From Thiocapsa sp. (GTDB lineage Bacteria; Pseudomonadota; Gammaproteobacteria; Chromatiales; Chromatiaceae): a stretch of DNA of 61,240 nucleotides. The notes beneath the pieces were generated by a model. That model saw only the letters and a program-made list of their open reading frames with translations, did not search any database and was not told where the DNA came from. Of the stretch, positions 54,159-61,240 are shown piece by piece; the first letter of the stretch is position 1, and each line of letters opens with the position of its first letter. The stretch lies in NCBI RefSeq assembly GCF_035467215.1, contig NZ_DATITZ010000100.1:1-61240 (forward strand), given 5' to 3'. The position numbers and the translations under genes were made by a program.

Positions 54159-54782
54159 ATGGCCAAGAAAACAACATCGCTTGATCTCATCAAGCATCAT
54201 GCGGAGCGACTCACCCCGCTCAGCACCAAGGCGCCCTTCGTGCTGCGCATCACCGAATGGCGCGACACGCCGATTCCGGTCCTCGTCGTGAAGGAACGCC
54301 AATACCGGGATCAGGAGGAGGCATCCAGGGGGACGGATGGCCAGCGCCGCCGCGCCCGTCCGATCCTGATCGAGCGCGGCAGCCTCCATGGCGAGCCGCT
54401 GCACCGTTGTCTGCCGATCCTGCGTCGCGTGGTCGAGGGTGTCGTCGACGCGGCCGGCATCCCGCTGGAACTGTCGCGCTATCTCACGGCCGAGGGCCTG
54501 CGCCTGCGCGGCAACCTGCCGTTGGACGAAGAGGCCGGCGCCAAGCTCGCCCTGATCTTTCGCCTGCAGGACCGCATCCAAAATCTGGACCGGGTGGAGC
54601 TGATCGCGCATCGCGTCCGTCAATTTACCCGCGAAGAGGCCGCCTACTGGCTGTCGCGGACCACCAGCTTCGGACCGATCGCCAACCGCTGGGCACTCTC
54701 CGGGCTACGGACCATGCTGGGCGGGCATGCCGAGGACAAGGGCGTTCAGGAAATGCTGGAGCGGCTGAAGCTTGTGGCCTGA
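54159..54782 (+). CDS. small partner protein of the DUF499/DUF1156 system (DUF3780-like position)
   Basis: 9 nt after the ATPase; LDEEAGAKLAL...EEAAYW motif; family assignment is positional only. Confidence 0.65.
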   Translation: MAKKTTSLDLIKHHAERLTPLSTKAPFVLRITEWRDTPIPVLVVKERQYRDQEEASRGTDGQRRRARPILIERGSLHGEPLHRCLPILRRVVEGVVDAAGIPLELSRYLTAEGLRLRGNLPLDEEAGAKLALIFRLQDRIQNLDRVELIAHRVRQFTREEAAYWLSRTTSFGPIANRWALSGLRTMLGGHAEDKGVQEMLERLKLVA

Positions 54783-54919
54783 CTGCACCGGCAACTCGTC
54801 GGGGTGTCGGGGCTAGTAAAAATGCGCATGGCGACGCGCAACTCGTGGTTGTCTACAATGCAATATGATCCTTGTCGACGCCATCACAGAAGCTAAGAAA
54901 ACCAAAATGGGACCGCTCG

Positions 54920-55735
54920 ATGGAGCAGACTGTCACTTACAACAAGGCACCTCTCGTCGAGTTGATCGTCGAGGTACAGTGGCCCGTAGCAACGATCGGG
55001 ACGACTGGCGGCCCGCCCATCGTGGGTGGTCAATCAGCAGCTTTCGACCTTTGGTTCCAAAGGCTTACGGAGCGTTTGCGCGCACAAGGCTTCCACAACT
55101 TAGAGCGACTTGTCCCCCACGACATGTTTCTCTTGGCACATCAACCGCTCTACCGCTACAGCCTTGCCGAGGACCGATTTCCTATCGTTCAACTCGGTCA
55201 CGGGATATTTACCGTCAACGCCGGCCCTCCCAACTATCGGTCTTGGGCCGCCTTGCGTCCCCAGGTGGAGAAGGCTTTTGCGGCACTGGTAGACACCAAA
55301 CCCACCGACGAACCACCAACGACATTTTCCCGCGTTGCACTTCGTTATATTGATCTTTTTGATACTGAGCTTCGTGCTGGAGCATCGAATTATGCGTTCA
55401 TCCGCGATGATCTTGGCATCAGTATCGGACTACCGGATGGATTGATCGAGCTAGCCTCCGACGCGGGTCGGATCTACCCAACGCTGGCGGTTCAGTTGCC
55501 TATCGATGGCGACCAGAACGCGAATATGACGTTTCAGGTTGCCGCAGGGCGGCTGGGCAATCGGTCGAGCACTGACACGGTTATGGATATGAGCTATGTG
55601 GTGAGCGGCAACATTCCAGTGGCAACGGCTGCAGTACTTGCGCCACTCGACGCAGCCCACACAGCTATCCACAGCTGGTTCGAGAAACTTACCTCAAATA
55701 TTCGCGATCGGATGGACCCCATCCGGCAGGCATAA
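54920..55735 (+). CDS. TIGR04255-like protein
   Basis: YNKAPLVELIVEVQW, RVALRYID, C-terminal H...WFE; lower GC. Confidence 0.75.
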   Translation: MEQTVTYNKAPLVELIVEVQWPVATIGTTGGPPIVGGQSAAFDLWFQRLTERLRAQGFHNLERLVPHDMFLLAHQPLYRYSLAEDRFPIVQLGHGIFTVNAGPPNYRSWAALRPQVEKAFAALVDTKPTDEPPTTFSRVALRYIDLFDTELRAGASNYAFIRDDLGISIGLPDGLIELASDAGRIYPTLAVQLPIDGDQNANMTFQVAAGRLGNRSSTDTVMDMSYVVSGNIPVATAAVLAPLDAAHTAIHSWFEKLTSNIRDRMDPIRQA

Positions 55736-55748
55736 AGCATAGGAGGTA

Positions 55749-56348
55749 ATGATGATTATGATCATGTTTCCGATTGCAATCAACCAGATGGAAATCGCGA
55801 CCGAGATCAGTGTAGTACCATCGATTCGTGAATATCAGGTCATCACCGAGAGTCAGCGGCAACCAATCCCGTTTCAATATTCTCCGCGGGAGACCGCCTC
55901 AACGCTCACCCAACCCCGCGACCATGCCGCCTGCTGGTCGCTCCTGGATGAACTTTCGAGACTTGCGCCAAACTGGGATGCATATGGTGCCGAACCCATT
56001 GCTGCTCGCTGCATGGCCAATACCCGCTGCGTTCTCACTGCATTACCGGCTGGTATTCCATCGCCGGAGATTACCCCTAATCCCAACGGTACCTTGACGC
56101 TCGATTGGGAGACCGAGGATCAGGCTTTGTCCTTGGAGTTAGGTGCGACACGCTTCAGCACTTTCTGGGAGTCTCGTACAGGAACTAAGATGGAAGAGGG
56201 TACCTTTGACACGAGTATTCCGAATTTTGTGGCTATGGCTCTTGACTCAATGTTCCCTGATCTCACACAGACGCAACCATTATGTGAAGACTTCGCGTTC
56301 AGTGGAGGACGAGGACCCGGATTCACTCCCGCTCATTATTACGGATAA
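55749..56348 (+). CDS. hypothetical protein (NWDxYGA motif)
   Basis: AGGAGGT RBS; LDELSRLAPNWDAYGAEPI, PNGTLTLDW. Confidence 0.75.
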   Translation: MMIMIMFPIAINQMEIATEISVVPSIREYQVITESQRQPIPFQYSPRETASTLTQPRDHAACWSLLDELSRLAPNWDAYGAEPIAARCMANTRCVLTALPAGIPSPEITPNPNGTLTLDWETEDQALSLELGATRFSTFWESRTGTKMEEGTFDTSIPNFVAMALDSMFPDLTQTQPLCEDFAFSGGRGPGFTPAHYYG

Positions 56349-56769
56349 AGAACGGCTGGCCCGTGCAATCTTCTTCCCTAACTACATCAATAAGAGCGGA
56401 AAACTCAAGCCGTCCGCATTCAAGGCACCAAGCGGTCGTCAGGATGTTTCTGTCAACCGTCTTGTCGCCTTGAACGCTGGCGCCTGTAAGGTTCGCTCGA
56501 AGGCAATAACTCTCTCGGGGACGTTTAAGGGTTTCGCCGTCCTTACGGCCTATTCTGTTCGGGAGTGCGGGTCAGACGTCAAAGACAGCCGTGCGGCGTA
56601 TTTAGGCCACGCCGACATCATTCACGACCAGATTTTGCCAAAGAACGAGCCGCCGCCACCCGAGTTCAATGAGCGCCTCAAACGGTTGGTTGAGGCTTCC
56701 CAATATTTTCCCGATCCGGACCCCGAATCCGATACTTGGACCGGCGAGGACTTCTCCGCCGGCCATTGA
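56302..56769 (+). CDS. hypothetical protein, possible ADP-ribosyltransferase-like fold
   Basis: ERLARAI...KPSAFK...DVSVNRL...GHADI; GTG start inferred, overlaps the upstream gene. Confidence 0.6.
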   Translation: MEDEDPDSLPLIITDKERLARAIFFPNYINKSGKLKPSAFKAPSGRQDVSVNRLVALNAGACKVRSKAITLSGTFKGFAVLTAYSVRECGSDVKDSRAAYLGHADIIHDQILPKNEPPPPEFNERLKRLVEASQYFPDPDPESDTWTGEDFSAGH

Positions 56770-56795
56770 TACGCAGCTATAGGGATTCATCGACG

Positions 56796-59700
56796 ATGGA
56801 CGAACGCCTGATCGAGGCCGGGTTTCCCTGTCACCAAGTCGGGGCGGAGACGCAGCGGGAGCAGAGCGTCGGGCTCCAGCCGCCGGTGAACCGCCTGCAT
56901 GTCTGGTGGGCGCGTCGCCCCCTAACCCCGAGTCGCGCGGCCATCCTGGCGTCCCTGCTGCCCGCCGGGACTGACCCCGACACCTTCGTTCGCCAGCTCG
57001 GCATCGAGCGGGTCCAGGCGTTGGTACATGGTGAGCCCTGGACGCTGACCGGAAAACTCTTGGAGCGGATCGAATGGCGGGATGGACGGAAGGTGCTGCG
57101 GGTCGACAAGGCGGTTCTGCGTGCGTTGGAGCAGGAACAGCAACGCCGCGAGAAGAATCGCGAGCTGATTTCGCGTCTGCGCGACGAGCAACCCGATCTG
57201 CGAGCCGAACCGATCCTGGTCCGCTGGGTAGAGGAGAGCCGGCACCTGCCGATGCCATGGCCAGCCGAAGGCGAAGCCTTGTCGACCCGACGCGTGCCTG
57301 GGGATCCTGCCCATGTCAACCAACGAATCGATTTCGCCAAGTCACCCGCAATCAAGGCATCTCTCGGTGGTGAACTGAGATGGGAAGGCGAAGACCTGTA
57401 TGCCTATCAGCGCGCTTTTGCGAACCCTGTTCCCTACCGTGAGAAAGCGCTGACGGTACTTGATCCCACATCAGGCGGCGGTTCGATCCCCTTTGAAGCA
57501 CTCAGACTCGGATATCGGGTCATCGCCAATGAGCTGAATCCGGTCGCAACCTCGATCCTCTATGCAACGCTGGATTATCCAGCGCGATACGGGATTGGAT
57601 TGGCCTCGGATATCGAACGTTTTGGGAAGTCGCTGCTGGCCCGGGTCGAAGCGGAAATGGCCGATGTATCGCCCTTCTCCCCGATTCCGGAGGACGAACT
57701 GAGCATCCTAAAACGGCATCTCACGAGATGTCCGAAGTTGGTCGACGACTTCGCCATTGAGCACGACCACACCGGGCTGATTTCGTGCCGCCAAGTGACC
57801 TGTCCCCACTGCGGAGGAGAGACGCCTTTACTCAACACCTGCTGGCTGTCCAAGGAAGCCGGCGATCCTTGGGGCGTGCGTGTTATCCCGGAGAACGGAA
57901 AGGTCCGCTTCGAGACCTATCGGGTCAAGCACGGGCGCGGACCGAACAGCGAGGATCCGAATGCCGCGACCGTCAATCGTGGAACCGGCCAATGTGTGCA
58001 CTGCAAACAGGCGATCGATGGCGACGAGATCAAGCGTCAGGCCCGTGCCTCGGCCAAGCACCCAACGCCGATGGCCGATTGCCCCGATGGCTGGCAGGAC
58101 CGGCTCTACGCCGTGGTCGCGGTGCGACTGGAGCCCAAGCTCGACAGCCAAGGCCAGCCTTTGCGCTTTACCTCGGGTGCCCGCAAGGGCGAGATCAAGA
58201 CCCGAAAGATTCGCTATTTCCGTACGCCGAACCAGCGCGATTTCGACGCCTTGGCGGAAGCGCAGCGCCGCCTAAGGGAACGTTGGGACGCGTGGGACAA
58301 CGCGGGGCTGATTCCGACCGAGGAGATCCCGCCCGGGCACCGCCGCGACCAGCGCGATGGGCTGCTGCGCTACGGCATCACCCACTGGCTCGACATGTTT
58401 ACCGCGCGTCAGTTGCTCGGTCATCTGACCCTGATCGAAACCTTGGTCCAGCTCAAACCACAGATACTCGCGGAGTTGGGGCCTGAACGCGGTCGGGCCG
58501 TAGTGACCTATCTGCAATTCGCGATCGATAAAGGGCTCGACTACAACAGCCGTCAAACCCGCTGGGAGTTTACGCGGGGCGTTGTTAAAGGCACGTTCGG
58601 GCGTCATGACTTTTCGTTGAAATGGACCTTCGGCGAGATGATCTTTTCGGGCCCAAGCTCTGGCGCTGCCTGGGGTTTGTCACAGGTTCTCGATGCCTAC
58701 AAAGGCATGGCGGAGCTCATGACACCCGCACATGACGGTACCGGTGGGCAGCCACCGGTCACCATCCTGAACGGCACGGGGGCGCACATCCCGCAGGTTC
58801 CCGACGACTCGGTGGACCTCGTCTGTATGGATCCGCCCTACTACAACAACGTCCAGTACGCGGAGCTGTCCGACTTCTTTTACATCTGGCAGCGCCGCAC
58901 CTTGCGCGATCTCTATCCCGGCGTCTACAACCGACGCCTGACCGACAAGAAGGCCGAAGCCGTCGCCAACCCCTTTCGCGACGGCGGACCGGACGGAGCC
59001 AAGACGACCTACGAGCGCATGATGGGCGAGATCTTCCGCGAGTGCCGACGAACGCTGAAGGACGAGGGTCTCTTTACGCTCATGTTCAACCACAAGTCCC
59101 AGGATGCCTGGGAGACCCTGACGCGCGCCCTGATCGATGCCGGGTGGGTCATCACCGCCTGTTTCCCGGTGGAGTCCGAGGGCGAGAACTCGATGCACCA
59201 AAAGGACCTCGCCGCCGCTGCCAGCTCCATCTTCATCTCCTGCCGCAAGCGCCCCTCTCGGAGCGACGAGACCGCCATCTGGGAGAGCGCCTTCGGCCAA
59301 ACCGGCATCCGTCACCGGATCGAATCGGCGGTGCGCCGAGGGCTCGAGGACTTCGAGCCGCTGCGCCTCAACCCGGTCGACGAGATGGTCGCGAGCTACG
59401 GCAAGGCCCTCCAGGTCCTCTCCTCCCACTGGCCGGTGCAGGATGGCGACGAGCTGGTCAGCCCCGTCAAGGCGATGAACGAGGCGAGCCGCGTGGTCTC
59501 GCAGGGACGGGTCAGTCAGATCACCAAGGGCAAGGTTCGGGTCGAGGATCTGGACAGCGAGACCGCCATGGCGCTGACCATCTTCGGGATCTGGGAGCTG
59601 GCCGAGATCGCCTACGACGACATCCTGAACCTCTCCCGCTCGCTGGGGATCGCCTTGGACGGCAAGTCCGCAGGCTACCGTGTCCAGGACCGGGAGATCG

Positions 59701-60035
59701 GCATCAACCAAGCCGTCGGTACCCGCGGCCGTGTCAAGGGTGCCGAGGGCTACCAGGCCCCGCTGGTCCGCGCCGGCTCCAAGCTCCGTTTGGCCCTGCC
59801 GGAGGAGCGCCACAACGCACGTCTGAGCGCCCCGCAGACCGATTGGGATCGTCTGCAGGGCCTGATCGCGGCCTATCGCGAAGGCGATATCCCGGTTGCT
59901 CGCGCCTACCTTCAAACGCACGCCGCCGAGAGCGGCGAGCGTATTCTCGACCTCCTGGAGGTCTGGGCAGCGGAAGCGCGTGATCCGGATCTGAAAAAGC
60001 AGGCGCGTGCCGCACTCTACGGGCTTGGGCGGTGA
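56796..60035 (+). CDS. DUF1156 adenine-specific DNA methyltransferase with Zn ribbon
   Basis: LHVWWARRPL, VLDPTSGGGSIPFEA, CPHC...CVHC, DPPYY. Confidence 0.92.
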   Translation: MDERLIEAGFPCHQVGAETQREQSVGLQPPVNRLHVWWARRPLTPSRAAILASLLPAGTDPDTFVRQLGIERVQALVHGEPWTLTGKLLERIEWRDGRKVLRVDKAVLRALEQEQQRREKNRELISRLRDEQPDLRAEPILVRWVEESRHLPMPWPAEGEALSTRRVPGDPAHVNQRIDFAKSPAIKASLGGELRWEGEDLYAYQRAFANPVPYREKALTVLDPTSGGGSIPFEALRLGYRVIANELNPVATSILYATLDYPARYGIGLASDIERFGKSLLARVEAEMADVSPFSPIPEDELSILKRHLTRCPKLVDDFAIEHDHTGLISCRQVTCPHCGGETPLLNTCWLSKEAGDPWGVRVIPENGKVRFETYRVKHGRGPNSEDPNAATVNRGTGQCVHCKQAIDGDEIKRQARASAKHPTPMADCPDGWQDRLYAVVAVRLEPKLDSQGQPLRFTSGARKGEIKTRKIRYFRTPNQRDFDALAEAQRRLRERWDAWDNAGLIPTEEIPPGHRRDQRDGLLRYGITHWLDMFTARQLLGHLTLIETLVQLKPQILAELGPERGRAVVTYLQFAIDKGLDYNSRQTRWEFTRGVVKGTFGRHDFSLKWTFGEMIFSGPSSGAAWGLSQVLDAYKGMAELMTPAHDGTGGQPPVTILNGTGAHIPQVPDDSVDLVCMDPPYYNNVQYAELSDFFYIWQRRTLRDLYPGVYNRRLTDKKAEAVANPFRDGGPDGAKTTYERMMGEIFRECRRTLKDEGLFTLMFNHKSQDAWETLTRALIDAGWVITACFPVESEGENSMHQKDLAAAASSIFISCRKRPSRSDETAIWESAFGQTGIRHRIESAVRRGLEDFEPLRLNPVDEMVASYGKALQVLSSHWPVQDGDELVSPVKAMNEASRVVSQGRVSQITKGKVRVEDLDSETAMALTIFGIWELAEIAYDDILNLSRSLGIALDGKSAGYRVQDREIGINQAVGTRGRVKGAEGYQAPLVRAGSKLRLALPEERHNARLSAPQTDWDRLQGLIAAYREGDIPVARAYLQTHAAESGERILDLLEVWAAEARDPDLKKQARAALYGLGR

Positions 60036-60107
60036 GAGTTGTCTGGAGCTGCGCTTTCCCTCATTGCGGGCGGTCAGCCCCGAGGACTTCCTGAAGGAGC
60101 TGCAGAC

Positions 60108-60338
60108 ATGACCTCAGTGACAGTCCGCTTACCCGACGAGACCTACCGGCGCCTCGACGAAATCGCGCGCGTGCGCGGCACCAGTATCGATCGGCTCTTC
60201 GATGAGATGGCGGCCCTGATGGTTGCGGAGTCGGACGCCGAGGCCCGCTTTCGTACCCGAGCTCGACGGGGACAGGGAAAAGCCGAGAGGGGGCTCGGGT
60301 TGCTGAGTCAGGCAGCCGGACAGCGTGGCGAGGACTAG
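60108..60338 (+). CDS. CopG/RHH (HicB-like) antitoxin, no intact toxin adjacent
   Basis: AAGGAG RBS; MTSVTVRLPDETYRRLDEIARVRGTSIDRL. Confidence 0.75.
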   Translation: MTSVTVRLPDETYRRLDEIARVRGTSIDRLFDEMAALMVAESDAEARFRTRARRGQGKAERGLGLLSQAAGQRGED

Positions 60339-60364
60339 GACCCATCCCGGGATCTTTCCAAAGC

Positions 60365-60463
60365 GATAATCCACGCAGTACCGGCAAGACATCGACCGGC
60401 TCCCCGAGTGATTTGTGGTGCTATGGTATCGGGGACGACCGGGTGATCTGCGAGATTGACGAA
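60365..60463 (+). pseudogene. RelE/StbE toxin remnant
   Basis: frame reads DNPRSTGKTSTGSPSDLWCYGIGDDRVICEIDE, resembling the RelE/StbE pattern DPRxxGKxLxGxLxxLWRYRxGDYRVICxI. Confidence 0.65.
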
Positions 60464-60478
60464 CCACAGGAGGCATCC

Positions 60479-60724
60479 ATGAACTGGCCGCTTCAAGAAC
60501 AACAGGATCGCTTGAATCAAGTGGTCGAGGAGGCGCTGCGCGCAGGGCCGCAGGTGATCACCGCCAACGGTGAAGAGACCGCCGTGGTCGTTTCCATTGA
60601 GGAATACCGTCGGTTGCAGTCCCCCTCCGACACGCTGGCGGATTTCCTGCTGCACTCGCCCTTGCGTCGGAGCGGCATCCGCATCCAACGCGACCAGGAT
60701 CTTGAGCGGGATCTGGACCTGTGA
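60479..60724 (+). CDS. Phd/YefM antitoxin
   Basis: CAGGAGG RBS; WPLQE...GPQVIT.NG...AVVVSIEEY; GTGA overlap with the toxin. Confidence 0.88.
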   Translation: MNWPLQEQQDRLNQVVEEALRAGPQVITANGEETAVVVSIEEYRRLQSPSDTLADFLLHSPLRRSGIRIQRDQDLERDLDL

Positions 60725-61140
60725 GGTTCCTCCTCGACACCAATGTCGTGTCGGAGTTTGCCAAGGACGAGGTGAACCCCGGTGTCCTGCGTTGGCTGTC
60801 GCATGGCGACGAGCAGGCAATGGTGATCAGCGTCGTGACGATCGGTGAAATCGAAAAAGGCATCGCCTGGATGCCGCAGGGCAAACGTCAGCGGGCGTTG
60901 GAGGTTTGGCTGCAATCGCGTTTGGTGCCCCGCTTTCGAGAGCGCATCCTCCCGCTGGAGCTCGAAGACCTGCAGCGTTGGGGTCGGATGATCGGATCGG
61001 CACTCAAAGCGGGGGCGCCGCTCCCGCAGATGGATACGCTGATTGCCGCGGTTGCCATGAATCGCGACCTGATTTTGGTGACCCGGAACACCGATGATTT
61101 CATGCGAACGGGCGTCAAGCTGCTCAATCCCTGGAGTTGA
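60721..61140 (+). CDS. vapC: VapC PIN-domain toxin
   Basis: FLLDTNVVSE, GEIEKG, DTLIAA, LVTRNTDDF. Confidence 0.93.
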   Translation: MRFLLDTNVVSEFAKDEVNPGVLRWLSHGDEQAMVISVVTIGEIEKGIAWMPQGKRQRALEVWLQSRLVPRFRERILPLELEDLQRWGRMIGSALKAGAPLPQMDTLIAAVAMNRDLILVTRNTDDFMRTGVKLLNPWS

Positions 61141-61240
61141 TCGCGTGCAGCAGGGCTGCGGACAGTCCGATAGTGACCCGCACGACCTGCCATCGATTGC
61201 CGTGCAACGCGAGAGCGCATGACGGCGATTGCCAATCCGG

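Noticed and set aside
54791..54846. 9-bp direct repeat GCAACTCGT near the cassette left edge as a target-site duplication
   Set aside because: Both copies are on the same side of the cassette; I saw no copy at the right edge.

Overview
GC-rich gammaproteobacterial chromosome segment, most consistent with a purple sulfur bacterium (Chromatiaceae, Thiocapsa-like; inferred from gene content, not from a search). Bases 1-50.7 kb are mostly core genes: rplM-rpsI-tRNA-Gln, porin, rpiA, ilvA, zapA-6S RNA-ygfA, pepP-ubiH-ubiI, PPi-PFK, ppa, moaC, engB, phosphomannomutase, the kdsD-kdsC-lptCAB-rpoN-hpf-ptsN-hprK-rapZ-EIIA-HPr-EI operon, mlaFEDCB-murA-hisGDC, trxA-rho, rhlB, nudE and a SoxW-like protein. 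Two things stand out. (1) A dense, non-coding dispersed repeat family: about 19 two-ended units, mostly 83-88 bp, bounded by TA-AACCGCG...CGCGGTT-TA. Their interiors vary widely while ends and length stay nearly fixed. They often occur as A-spacer-B pairs, supply the stop codon of nine genes and abut several start codons. (2) From 50.9 kb, a defence island: DUF499 ATPase, small partner gene and DUF1156 adenine methylase (restriction-like system; the expected helicase/nuclease is not in the window). A lower-GC three-gene cassette (TIGR04255-like, unknown, putative ADP-ribosyltransferase-fold) sits inside it, followed by an orphan antitoxin, a RelE remnant and a Phd-VapC pair. All family calls come from recognising motifs by eye; no database search was run.
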